From Selaginella moellendorffii (lineage: Eukaryota; Plantae; Lycopodiophyta): DNA of 64,000 bases. Shown piece by piece: positions 34,138 to 47,851 of this stretch (within the stretch, counting starts at the first letter, position 1; the number at the start of each line of letters is the position of its first letter). The position numbers were made by a program, and so were the translations under genes. A model generated the notes under the pieces. That model was not told the DNA's origin and did no database searches. It worked only from the letters and a program-made list of their open reading frames with translations. Where the stretch lies: assembly GCF_000143415.4 (NCBI RefSeq), contig NW_003314291.1:655316-719315 (forward strand), read 5' to 3'.

Positions 34138-36649
34138 ACGAATGCTCCAAAGAGTTGAGTGAAAATAAGAGACCTTATGCGCGAATGTTGTCGATCGTGA
34201 GAAAGGCCATAGCGCAAATACAACGACGATCATTGCACGGAATTTAGTTCTCCAAATTATGTTCTAAGCAATGAAAGTGGTTTAAATTAAACTGTCTTAG
34301 GTTATATTTAAATGATAGGATTGTGAGGCCGACTCATAGCATCCCAGCAAAAGGTCGAAGTTTGCGATCTCAGGTGGAGGATTTGGCACAAGGCTGTTCG
34401 TCACGTCCTTGAAATGCCCACACCGGATGTTGTGCAGCTCGTAATCTTTGCTGGTGATTACCATAACCAGAATCTGCCTGCCTTTAAAGCCGCCAAAAAG
34501 TTTGTACTTCTTTTGATTGACTTGCACTTTGCATCTTGACTAAACTGCTTTCTTACAGGATGGTACCAACTTCAATTCAGATGCGAGCGAAGAAGCACTT
34601 GCAGGTAAATGCAACATGGTGGAGGCGGTGGTGTTACTTTCCTCAACTTGCCACAAACACTCATCCAAGACGAAGGATGCAGATCCACACAGTGCCTTGG
34701 TGATCTTTACGAGGAATCATTACATCTTGGATTCACCATCAAGGTTCATGCCTCGGAGACTCGCGCAGTGGTTCGACACGGTCCTGAAAGTACTGGCTGG
34801 TGATATTGTTCTCACGCCTGTTGTGCGCCAAATGTGCGAGGTAACAACAGCGTCATGGAGCTTAGCTTTGGATGAGATATCGATCTCTACAGGAAGTGAT
34901 CGTGAATGATGATCACAGGGATGGAGAATGGCGATGCCATCAACAACTGGTCTCAAGCGCGAGGAGATGTCAGAAGAGTATACTGGCTGGGGAGTGACGA
35001 GAGTGCGACAATAGGACGCTTGATCCGGGCCATGACCACCAAAGGCAAGAGCGACCATGCGGAGCTCCAAGAGCTGCGCGGCTCCACCACGAAGTCATTT
35101 GTGGAGCACGTCAAGCGTCATGTAGGATCAGCCGATGGTCAAGCCGTTGAGCAGCTTTATGTTGCAGTAACCAGAATTTTTGGAAGAGCGTTTGCTGGTA
35201 TCTTTGTTTGCCTGTGCGAGAACGCTCACTGGGAGGAATCTGGAGTAATGAGTTCTCCTTGGAGGAGCTCCAGGAGATGCATGGAGGGGAAATTACTGTG
35301 TTGGCCACCCATGGCTCGAAAAGAATGCAATGTGGCAGATGGCTTCTGTCAACGATATTATCGTTTACTTGATAGACATGAGTATCTTTTGTAGAGCTTC
35401 TCATCCTTTTTGTTTTTTTTTACATGCTGCAGCTGATTTATGAAGATGTCTACAGCAAGGCATCCTTTTCCCTTCCTCGCAGTTCTTGGATAAGAGATTG
35501 TGAGTAATCAATTTCACTTATTCAGGAGGCTGAATTTTCTTGTTGAATTTCCAGGCCAGTCTTTACTGTTTTGCAGGCATGTGTGGATGGATGTTGAAGA
35601 AGACAATGAAAAGGGAGTTTATCTAGTGGAAGAAGAAAAGTAATAATGCAAAACTCAAGGACCTTTTATTCGAAACAGTCTAAAAGAAAACCACAGTCAT
35701 ATGTGAGGAAACGGGATGATGATTAAATAAACTTAGCCAAGAAAAGCTAAGTACTGCCACCAAGTATGGCTCTGCATTCCAGTTCTAGGCATGATCTAGT
35801 TACAAGAGTTTTTTCCAGCTTAATCCATGTAGAACTTGCGTAATCTTGGCTGCATTGAAACACAAGGCTTACATGCCAGAGAGCCCTGGTATATAGTATG
35901 GGAGTGATAAAGTGTAGGATTCACCCTTGAACGCGGCGTAACCACCGGTTGTGGAACATTCAAAGTTGAATTGAAACTTCGTAAACCAATAGTTAGTCCC
36001 AAAATAGCATCAGAGCTCTGGCTTTGATTTGTCATTCTATATTTTAGAAAAAAAATCTTTCACTTCTGTTTCGTGCTGATTGTACACAGGAATAAAACGT
36101 GGTTCCAAATGCGTAGATTTTCTTGTGGTGCAGCTGCTGCAAGTGCGAGTTGCAGTCATCGCTTACAGGCTCAAGCTGCAATATAGAAAATCCAGTGAGT
36201 GGGGATGCTCTTCTTAGTGGCAGTTTGCCATGTTTGACTGGTTTTTACTTGAGTTTACTGAGAATTTTCTAGTAAAAGAATATCCGAGTAACGTTCATTT
36301 TCAAAATATTGATAGACATTGTTGAAAATTTGTATACTATTAGATCCTATTGTTCTTACCATTCCTTGAATATTGATTCTTTTTTTTGCTTCTTTTTTCC
36401 ACCCGCTCCCACTTGTGTGAAGGATCCAGAAGTTGTGAAGGAATATGGGAAGGCATACAGGACAAGGAAGAACACAATCAAAAGTCCTCCAAGAGGAGGT
36501 AAAGTTTGAATTAAATATTGCTAACAAGTTTGATTTTAATATTATAATGTAAAAGTAATCTCTTTAACATCAGTGCCTTTATTCATATGCTTGTGTTTTT
36601 CTTTTTTCCGGTGTAGTTGAGCTTGAGATGGTGGAAGATGAGTGTAGAC

Positions 36650-39600
36650 CACTCTTGAGCTCACGAGTTGAACTCAATTTTCAATTGTAATTTAATACAA
36701 ACACTATAAACCTTAAAATATCAAGGTTATAGTGAATTTAATAATTTCACAACTCTCTACAAATTATATTATTCTAACAATTTAAATACTAATTATATGC
36801 CATATTAGAGATGTTTGCTAGAACATAAAATAAGATGTTTGTAGAAAAAAATTTCTTGTCACTTCCTTAAATCTGTACTTTGTGTAGTAAATATCAAGTT
36901 TGTCAAAATTTAAAAATTATTAAATTTGAAATAAGATTCTATATAATGCCATATAATAGTTTGAGAGGAAAAAAAAATTATTGATGTAAGTTTATTGTAT
37001 ATTGGTTCTTCTCTAGGATACATTTGTCATAAATAGTGTCTAAAATTTATGGATTTTCATTTGCACTATCATTTGAAGAGAGGGAAATACATAAAAATAT
37101 TTGTTAGTTCTAGTGTTAGTAATTTTAACTTTTGTAATATTTCTTTCCAAAGTAGTAATTCAAGGGTTAGAATCTGTAATAGTCATTCTATTGCACAAAA
37201 CAACTAAACTATACAAGAAAAAGAAAGAGAAGATAGTGAAGATAATGATCACGAGTTGAAGATAAATGCAATGATAAAGGGTATAACAAATTAGGCGAAA
37301 AAGAATGCTCTTCTACTTATTTTAGAAAACTCCATAACTTTTAAGAAATACCCTATATATTTCCTAGCTTTTGGCAGAAATATATATTTTCTAGCTTTTA
37401 GCAGAAATAATGGCGATGATCATTATGATGGTATATATGTAACATCATATATCTGAAAGATTACCATGAAATATTTTTGAGATGGTAAAAACATAAATGA
37501 AAACACACAAGTAATATGAACACTTGCAAATATATGAAATGAAAAATATTTTTTATTAATTATTTAAGGTATAATAAGTTTATATTATTGATAGAGAATA
37601 AACATCAATAGTTTTTGAAAACCTAGTTAGCTCCAAAAATCTTTTGCAACTCAGTAAAGAGCATATGCCTTCCTATGTTCCTCGCACTTCATAAAGTCTG
37701 GACATATGCAAAAAGGAAGATCTTGAATGACAATTATATACTTTCCACCTTTTGTTTTGACTATGTACTCCTTTGTAATCACAATGATGTACTTCATGGA
37801 AAGAATTTCGCACTCAAGTGTTTGAGCTAAACTTATTTTACCTTGTTTTTGTTGAAGACGGTACTAAAAAATTTAATTACCTTTTTTTGCTATCCTCTTA
37901 TGCATTTATATAGGAATAGTCTTAGTTCTGTCACTTATATCTCCAACTCTCCTTTCAAGATTGAAACTAGATTTCTCAAGGTTTTCAAATTCATCTAAGG
38001 TGAATGTGACCCCATTAGCAATTGGCCATTCTTTAAGTATTACATTAGATTTAGTCATTATAGTGTCTTCAAGCTATTTCATATAGTTGATATTAGTGTT
38101 GTAACAATATAGCCATCACCATCTTGAAATCCTACTTGTTTTCATTCCCTATAAAAACATGGGGTTGGAACAGAAGAAAACTTGTCACCGCGGATCCAAG
38201 CCCAACACTTGCCCCTCAGAAGCATCCCTAGACACCTTATATTGGATTTTGCTAGAACTCAACGAATTACCTATTAAAATCCTTATGTAAGATGTTAATG
38301 AAGATGTAATATATATGCTTGCAAGGAGCATATGCCTTCTCATGTTCCTCATGCTTCATAAAGTTTAGACATGTGCAAGAAGGAGGATCTGCTTCTACTT
38401 GGATAGTACTAATAAATTTAATTGCCTTACTTTTTTTTGCTAACCTCCTATGCATCTTTGTGGGAATAGTTTTTGTTCTATCACTCATGTCTCAACTCTC
38501 CTTTCAAAATTGAAACCAAATTTCTCAAGGGTTTTCAATCTCATCTAAATGTAAGTTTCTGAATTTAGATTTTTTAGGGAGGCTTTTGAAAACTACTCTA
38601 TAGCACATATCAAATTTGATAAATATGCTTCATATAGACTTATCTTTCCTTTCCTTGCCTCAAAAGAACATTAGCTCCAATGTTTATTCTCTAAGAGATT
38701 CACAATTGAAGTGTATACAAGATCTTTATGTGATTGGTCATAATGAGAAACATGATATTAAAAGGCAATAAAAAGAGAAGTAAAAAGAAAAACAAACCTG
38801 AAGAGAGTGATGTCCCCATTGGAACATTTTAATTTCCCACCACTTCAACCATGACTCAAGTTATGGTAGGCAACTTACGTTTGTATAACCATCTTCATGC
38901 CACCATATTCAGATTTTGTTTATTTTTGCCTCATGCTCTTTTTCAGAAGGTGCAACCTACTATTATTTGCAAAACTCCTTAAATGCTAATTAAAAACTTG
39001 ACTTGATAAGGTGGCAGTGCTAGTTTAAGCTCTAAACCCAATGGAATTCACAAGTTCTCTCATGACCTTCTAGGTTGACCATTTGCCCAAACACCATTCT
39101 AATTAGCCCTAGCCCCATCTGCTATGAAACTGTAAAAGTTGGCAAGTTTACCAGTCTGCTTCAATGCAATGTCAGAGAAAAACTTCCAAAATATTTCCTG
39201 GTTTGTACTTTAAACTTTACTATTGCAATTGTCAAGTTGGAATATAACCTATAAAAGGGGCAATATTTAAAACCATTTTAAGACAGTGAGAAAAAATAAT
39301 TACCTTAGATCATACATATGAGCTCCTATAGTTGTCCAACTTAATACCCGCTCCATATGGTCAAAATGTACCCATGCATTAGCAAAGTCACTTGACCCAG
39401 ACATATTCATTTAGGAGACAAGATTTACACCAAAAATAGGGCTTATAGTAAACATTTTGAAAATGAATAGGACTTGATTTAATAAATGCCCATGGATAAA
39501 TTTGTAGAGATAATTTAATTTTAGTTCAAGGATAAAGTCAATTTTTTACTAAAGTTTCCCCTGTCAAGGTTCACACATCCAAGATTTTATCCTAAATAAA

Positions 39601-40500
39601 ACAAAATATAAGAGAAATATTATTGAAAAGCATGTAGTTAAGTCTTCTTGCAGCCTTAATCGAGTAGGGTGTTTGTGATAAAATCCTTCAACACTATCTT
39701 TTGAACATGCTTCGGAGTTGTAGATGAGTTTTTCACAATCTTTATCTACATTACATCTTTGAAATGGTTAATTGAACTTTTTTGTATCCCTTTCTACATT
39801 GGATATGTGTGCGTGCTAATATGTACTACAACTCTACCAACTTCTCCATCTTGTGGAAGAAAGTAGTATATTTTGGCCCTGTAAATGGCACAATATAATG
39901 GAGCATTCTTGCAAAACTAGCACTTGAATCTAACACCAATGGTGTCACAGATGGGAGGATTGATTATAAATCCTTAAAAAAATGTTAAATTTTTACTGTG
40001 CTCTCGATTGTATAATTCATTTACACAATCCAAATATTTGCTATAATGAATTATAAACATTGTGCTTTTGAAATGCTGGAAATATGTGGTCTTGATCTTG
40101 GACTAGTTATGGACATCTTGCTTGGTCTCCATCCCTTTTCATCTTGAGTTAACAAGAGGTGGTAGTTCAAAAAAGATGTTGCCATTGTATATGGATGGGA
40201 ACTTGCTAACGGGCTGATGCAAAAACAATAAAGAAGTGGGAAAACTAGAAAGCGTTATAAACAACTTTGAATATTTGTGAAGTTGAAGTTGGTAGATTCT
40301 TGGTTAGCACTGAATTGACATTTCCACTGGAAATATAAAAGGAGAAAATGATGATAACTGACTCTTGCTTCACATTCACTTTGCTATGATCACAACCTCA
40401 CATTTTAATTGGAGATCCAAAAACTTGAATCTCCTTGGACTTGGAATGCTAAAAATCTTAATGTTATCCATCTTCACCCACACCTAAAAGAAGAAACTTT
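36650..40500 (-). mobile_element. Second, heavily decayed MULE/SWIM element related to 22.2-24.4 kb
   Basis: Minus-strand GHERTCEFHW (~39040-39070) and SWIM PSCTCLNF...PCKHIYYIF (38267-38488), with a duplicated SWIM segment at ~37660-37730. The GAGCTCACGAG motif near 36657 resembles the motif near 24330-24360. Boundaries are approximate. Confidence 0.65.
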
Positions 40501-41299
40501 AATTGTTCAATTACACTACTGTTGTTGCAAATCATAGCCTCCAATAAGACAAAATTGAGAGAAAGATTAAAATGTCGGCAAAGAAAACTTTTTGAAACAA
40601 GACTTTGGGAGAAAGAAAGTGGTGGGTGATCTTGATAATAGAGAAGAAAAATTTTCATTTTGTTACCTTTATGTTTTGGCATTTAGGTTTTATGATAAGG
40701 TCTATCATAAGTATAAAAACACTATATTGTTATACAATATTAAAAGTCTATATTGTCTTCCAATCTTTATACCAAATTCAAAAACATGCTTAAAATTATT
40801 ATGAAGAGTATTTAGAGTTAGAACAAAAAGAAATATCACATCAAAACACACTGTGGCCTAAGTGCTCGATTAGGTTTAGTATGCTAGCAAATTAGCTACC
40901 ATGAGTGAGTTGGCCTAGGTGAGACGGGCATCTCAAGTGCCACACAGGGAAAATGGGCTGCAGCAACTTTGAGTTGAATTAGCCTATGTATGCTGAGTCA
41001 GCTAGTGCTAAGCTTGCCTAAGCAGCCCATTGGAGTGGTGTACCAGTGGATGACCACCAACAACCACTTCTTATACATTTTTCTTTTTTTTTTTCTTTTT
41101 AAAGAGTTTTTTTTTTCTTGTTTTCATAAACAAAAACAACTACAAATGGATAAAGATGTTAGATAAAAGAAAACAAAATATGAGGAAAATGAGATGCAAA
41201 ATGATAACTAATTTAACCTTTAAATTAAGGTTTCCATAGTGACAACTTTGTTGTCCCATTGACGAGTCCAAAGCTAAAGTGAATATAGATAGACAAATG

Positions 41300-42087
41300 T
41301 GGAAACTTGGTGAACTGTTCAAAAGTTGGCTCTAATTCCCCAGGGAAATTGAATGGTCAATACTCTCAGTCCAAGCGTAGGTGGCACTACCTACTTGGAT
41401 ACATAGTGTGGCTCAATGGAACCTCACTCTAAGCCCATGGCTAGAGCACCCAAAAGCGGAAGGTGATGAGAGTATTCATGAGGCTTGCATAGGGCTATAG
41501 TGTTTTGAAATGTTGTCCCAAAGTCTTAGACTGTGAAAAGGAAAAATAATAATCCTCTGGTGTAGTGACCAAAGATACAGTCATGTGGTGAGGAAATCAC
41601 AAAGGACTATGGGACTTAATGGTCAGGCTTGTGGGCCGGTAATATTGATGAACACAGCCATGAACAGAAAAGGGACTTGGTGGGATTATAAAAGAGATAT
41701 TAGGGAAGGTTGTTCTTTATGTCTGCAGACATCCTAAGGATGCTAAAGAGTGGATATTGGATAATCACTCATGGATGAATGGCTCAATCTTTAAGAGATG
41801 GGATTGTGATGTAGGTGGTGTTAAACTACTAATTTGACAAAGGTGAATGGGCATGGCTTTAGCATAATAGGTTGATATATCAGTGGTACTTTTGGGTGTC
41901 AGTCATGGGATCGAAAATGTGAAGCACTTGGACCAAGGGCAAAGGTTGAGTGGTAAAGATGCCATTCTCGAGGTTAATAAACCCTAAGTCTAGAATAAAA
42001 CTTATGAAGGTTGTGAGTGAGACTTTTCCAAGTGGTCGAAGGTGTGATTAAGTGACTAAAGTAGAATAGAAAATTTATTCGCTTACA
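41300..42087 (+). mobile_element. Truncated, degenerate LTR of the B/C family
   Basis: Colinear with ~11980-12773 (GTGGCACTACCTACTTGGATAC ... GTGACTAAAGTAGAAT..TCGCTTACA), with many C>T and G>A changes. Confidence 0.85.
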
Positions 42088-42539
42088 CAAGCATTTCTAG
42101 GAGACAGTTTTGATAACCACACGATTCTAGAATCTTTGAAGTGGGAAAGCTTGGGAAACATGATCTGAAAGATCCCACTATGTTAATTCACTTAGACAAA
42201 TATTGTTTAATCTACTTCACGTCAATTTGTCAACATGGACATCTATAATCTGTACAAACAGAATAGCCTTGGGACAAATATAAGTATGTTCTTTGTTTTG
42301 GTCTTCAAGCCAAGAATAATAAATACCCTCTCAATTTCACTGAAAATCGAGAGGGTTTAGGATAACATTTGGAAAATGAAGTTCCACAAATTTGACAACA
42401 TATTTATGAGCCATCTTGAGACTCAACAATTTGTGAGGAAAATATTTTACATTATCGATGAGAATCATCGCTAATGTGTGTGGATGAAGTGCATCAATGA
42501 ATGCTTCCAAAATGACTCTGTCTATCACATTAATGTTCT

Positions 42540-44000
42540 AGTTAGACATGTATACAAGAGAGGACTTTTGCAAAATGGCCTTTTGATGGGTCTAAATAAA
42601 CTTTTCTTAAGATTTCATTTCTTCCTTCTTGTATATTAACACATCTTCTTAGTGTTCCATCGATGCCTAATTTAGATAGGCACTCCCCCATAATAGAGTA
42701 AAGTTGTGTCTTCAAAACAAACAATTTCTTTTTCTTTGACGAGTTATAGTAAGGTGGAACAGTGACTGTATAAAGATAGATTTATATATCTTCCATCCAA
42801 GTGGTAGGCACAAAGATTACAAATAAGTGAGTATATGAGAGTTCGTCTACCTTATTATTAGGTGACTCTTCTGTAGTGATGCGGCTTAGGAAATTAACTT
42901 GTTTATGATATTTTCCAGGTCTATATACCATTTTAAGATTATATTTTTGTACTATTAAAAACCATTTAGTTAGTCAAGTAGATATATACAGTTGTTTGAT
43001 GAGATATAAAAGAGCCTTATGATTAGCAAAGATAATTATTATTATTGCCAAAAGATAATGCCTAGATTTTTGTAAGCTGTAAATTACATTTAAAACATTT
43101 TTTTCAGTCATTATGTAGTTATACTCAATAGTATTTAAGTGTTTACTAGCATAATAAATAAAATGATCTTTCTGATCATCTTGTGTCTGGGATAATATTG
43201 CATTTGTGGCAATATAAAAAATATCCACTTATAGATGAAACTCTTTTATCCAATTTGGTTTAACAAGCATAGATGCTTCTTTAAAGCATTATTTAAGCCT
43301 TAAAAATGATTCTTGAAAATTTTCATTCCATATAAATGAAGTATCTTTCTTTAAAAGATTAGTGAATAAAATGATAGCCAATTTTACCTTGAAAACAATA
43401 AAGATTTTTTAAATTATATGATGGAAACATTGTTTTAATCACTTGAGTTTTGTCTTGTTTACAAGGATGCCTTCTTTATATACAATATAATTTAGAAGTA
43501 TACTAGAATTTATAAAAAAAGTACATTTGAGAAATGCTATGTTCTCTGCATTTTTTAAAACATTTTTACAAATAAATTAAATGTTATATTTTGGAGCTGA
43601 AGACACTAAAATTATTTCATGAAATCAATGAGATATTCTTTAAAAGTGTCAATAACAACTCTTTAAAATGTAAAAAGAGCATTGTATAAGCCAAAAAACA
43701 TTTTGCAATAGGCATAAGCTCCCTATGGGCTTATAAAAGTCATTTTATATTGATCTTTATGTGCTACTTTTACTTGGTTATAACCAAAGAATCTATTTCA
43801 AAATGAATACATCTCATGGCCTATTAATAAATGTAAAATTTCATTTATGAAAGGAATAGGGAATATATTCATTGTTGCATCATTTAGCTTTTAGTAATTT
43901 ACACAAACTCGTAATTTGCTATATTTTCCTAAATACAATTACAAGTGGTGAAAGCCAATAGATTTTAATGACTTGAAAAAAGCTATGATTGCTTACAAAA
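42540..44000 (-). pseudogene. Ty3/gypsy pol remnant (RT, RNase H, integrase Zn region)
   Basis: AILSQ...IYYASKHLNTIEYNYIMTEKNVLNVIYSLQKSRHYLL (RNase H) and GIDGTLRRCV...SKGHF (integrase N-terminus); very AT-rich with many stops. Confidence 0.8.
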
Positions 44001-47000
44001 TCTCATAAAATAAATAACATGGTAAATATGGTAAAGTCAAACAAAAGTACAACTCCTATAGATAAGGAAACTAACAATGAAGAATGCAAATTCCAATTGA
44101 TCAAGTGTTAATTCTATGAGAAAAAAAGGCATTCAGCTAAGGAGTATAAAACTTTATTTAAGCAACCAAGACGCTAACAAGTAGCCCATGTTGATAAAAC
44201 AACATGTAGGCAAAATTATCCACTTGACGATAGAAATTATTGTAGAAGGAATAATTACAATGATAATTAAAGTGCCAAATACCTATACACTAAAAGGCAA
44301 GATGACTGTCGGGATTATCTGCCTAGAGGTAATTTTCAAGATTATCCACCTAGCCATGAGGAAAATAAACTTAAAGATTATAATTAGTCTAGAGATAATA
44401 TGCCTAGAGATTATGAAAGGCTAAAAGAGTATGATCAAACTAAAACTTCTACTCGTTATTTTAGGCCATATAATTAAATTGAATCATCAAGAAAAAATAA
44501 TAGGCTTGCTAAGAATATGCAACCTATAGCTAGATAAGTTGAGGTAAAATAGTCAGATATAAAAGAGCCACTTAAACTCTCTTTATCATATGTTCATAAT
44601 AAAATTTCTTGAAGCCTTATATGTATAGGTGTAGGTGATTTTTGTCTGACACTAAGTCTTTATAATGTTTATAATGCTTGTTAAATCGAGTTATATATTC
44701 CTTGATTGTTTCAGATTTTCCTTGATAAAACTTTTTTGCAACTCATCATAATTTTCTCCTAAGTTTGTTTTTAGGGAGAAAGTTTTAAAAAAAACTACTA
44801 CTTGCTAAAGTACAAGCTCATTTTTGCATGCATTTGACAATCCTAGAGTGACAAGTACATAATTGCTATGATTATATAAGATTGCATATATAAACTTTTT
44901 ATATGCAAGGAAGAGCCCATTGTGGAGGTTTCACGCCCTATATGGATTCAAGCCTCACAAAGATATGATTGAGGATGAGCTTTATCTCTTTGCATTGGCC
45001 TTCAACAAGGATTACATTGATCTAATTTTCAACAATAGGAACCTCTACCAAGATGTCAAGGCTGCAACCAAGTATATCTTGAAGTGGCCTGTTCTTTCTA
45101 GTAGCAACCATAGGAACAAATGCTTGTCTTTTAAACATGGAGTATATAAAGGCTGTGCATTGGCAGCAACAGGGTGGGTAGCAACTGTTCCAGGCAGTTT
45201 TTAGAAGTTTGAGAGCTCGCGATCTAGATCGCAGATGTTGTTTTCATCATCTCAAGGGCTGGCTGGGACATGTGGCTAGTCGAGGCAATGAAGCAGCTGT
45301 GCTTAGCATGGGGAAGTTTCTAGTTGGCATCCTAGAACATGGACCACTGGAGGTCTACTCAGCACGAGATCAAGTGGGACAAGCAGGTTTTCTCTAAATA
45401 CCAGCACAACGAGGTGACATTCAGCCATTACTACTTAAAGAAGCTAGCAGCAACGATTATGTTACAAAAAATTGTGGATGCAGATCAACTTTTGCCACGC
45501 AAATGACAACATCATCGACTCTAAGCTTCAATACATGGGAGCTCCCTCCGAGATGGATATAAATGGTGGCTGGTTGAAAGTTCAATTTAAGAAAGTTGCT
45601 CAAGGTTTGTGGAAGTTGAAGCATGTTTCGGATGAGCGACACAAGAGCCTTCTTAGGAAAGGATTATCATCTCAAAGGGCTTAGAGATCCACGAGCAAAT
45701 TCCAGATGATATTGCTGGTGAGTTTTTCAATTGTTAGAAGTGTTGGAGATTTCACCGTATGACATTCTAGGTGAGCTTGGATGCTCTGAAGTTTCAGAGT
45801 TTTCGAGTAAGATTAAGAGGTGTTTCCATGCCAACTTTATAAAGTTTCCTGACTTGCCTCGCCGCGATCATCTGGGGGGCCGCGATGCTCCGAGCTCGAG
45901 GCGCCGTGAATCTCTGCCCCCACGCTGTGCTCTTGCAGGTTCCTCCGGGAACCAGAGGCGACGCGCTCACTCCTCCGGCGGGCTCCCTCGACACTCCGGG
46001 CCGGATCTTCCTGATCATGAGCTGGTGGACAGATCCTAGAAGCGTAGTTCCCAAGTAATTGTATGAAATCCTCATCGACAAGGCCTCGAGTGCGCGAGGA
46101 AGGCTCGGCACGAGAGGATGTAGACCTAGATTTCGGCGTCCACTCCGGATCCTCAACCTTTGGCGGTGCCATCGCGAAAGAAACACAGGAGCTAGAAGAA
46201 GAGAAATTTTCATACGCTTTATAGCCCAGAGCCGTTGGTTATCAACGGCGTAGATGGTTTCGAGATGAATATTTTTATTCTCTCTCAAGCGAGGACCGCC
46301 TTATTTGCCACTCCTCTAGAAAATGCCCAGGAGTCACATATGAAGCTGCGGCACAAGTCGAGAGACACGAAAACTCTCATGAACTCGAGCTCCGGTTCAC
46401 GCTTCCCAAGTTTGCAGCTAAATTCTCAAGAGATCGTGTCTGAACTTAGCGGGACTGGCCTCGGCTACTTTGAGTTCCTCCAAGTAAGTCTAGATTTTAG
46501 CGTGGCGTTTGTTTTTCTTCCAGTAGACTTGCAGAAGACTTGGACGCTTTGCCAATATGGTTTCAACAATGGTGCGCAGAGAAAGAACTCTCGACAAACT
46601 TCCAGCGAACTAGATAACTTTGCGCAACTTTGAATCTCCATCTTTGTCCAGGTACTTCGTCGTGAGATATGCTTTAAGCTTTAGAAACTTTTGCTCTCAT
46701 TGTCTCCAGCTCTAGCAAATATATACTTTGAGAACAAACGAGGACTGTGGCAGTAATCTCTTCAATAACCAGTTCGTAGAAACGATGGACCAAAGGTATA
46801 GTTCTAATCCACTTCTTCCTTTTTTTTCCTTGTTTTTCCAGGCCTTTGTAAGTGAGTACGCGATTACTGGCAATGATGCTGGCCGCGGGAGTCTTGGCTG
46901 TGCTCACAGAAGCAGCATTCTTGATTGGCATAGAGCGAAGTAACTTCCATTAGAAAAATAGTAGAAAGTTTTCTCTACCACAGTGATGTTGTAAGATACG

Positions 47001-47851
47001 CTATATGTATTGTGTTACAAGTTACGATTCTCTCTTGGTGAATACTAGCGATCACAGGTATGATAGAAAATTTCAAGATCTCCAGTGTTTTTTATATGAG
47101 AACTGTGCACTGACTTTGCCACTTGATTATAAATGGAATCTAACGCCATACTGGGTCAAAAGTTCTTCAAGCTCTTGAGTGGAGTTACTCAAACGTTACC
47201 AGCGTGGTACTTCGGCAATTCGTTCAAACAATCCATCTCGTAGGTGAGCAAAACAAGAGGTATAATGGATGGATTTTTTGCTCTAAGGCTGGAAGCAAAA
47301 GCGTGGGATTCTAAGCTCACCATTGATGGATCATTGTGGAACTAGGCAAACTCCATGTCGCAGCAGCCAGAATCGATTCTGACGTCGAGCAATGCGATTC
47401 TTGATACATGACATTGCTCGCGTCAGAATCACAGCCATGAGAATCGATTCTGACGTCGAGCAAAGTCATGTATGAGAATTCTTTCACAAAGATCAGCTAT
47501 ACAGATATAAAAAGAAACAAAGTTCTTAGTAAAATTTGTTTTGATCTTGACCGTGACAATGTCTTGGTGGTGAAATGTTTTGTAGTTTAAACTAAAATTG
47601 TCAATCTATATGTATGGTCAAAACATTGACGTTCTCTTGATCGATCTGAGTGAAGTTCACGAAGAACATGATCAAATGCGGTTTTAAAGCACTGTCCAAT
47701 CGTTTGATCCATTCTAACCTCTTTACCAGCCACAGTTACAAGCAATCCACTTGGCGCGTTTATATTGCGCCAGCTCAAAAAGGCTCTCTTTTCCTTGCTT
47801 TTCGGCTTTTTAGGGTTCCAGCGAGCGGCCGCTTCCATCGATCGAGCTCTC

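Noticed and set aside
34560-35650. Fragmented plus-strand ORFs
   Set aside because: Look like a decayed gene, but no family could be assigned.
44920-46950. Short ORFs after the TE block
   Set aside because: Interrupted by stops with no identifiable motifs; cannot be supported as a gene.
47369-47463. Direct repeat AGAATCGATTCTGACGTCGAGCAA (2 copies) containing TGACG
   Set aside because: Real but only two copies; a simple local duplication explains it.
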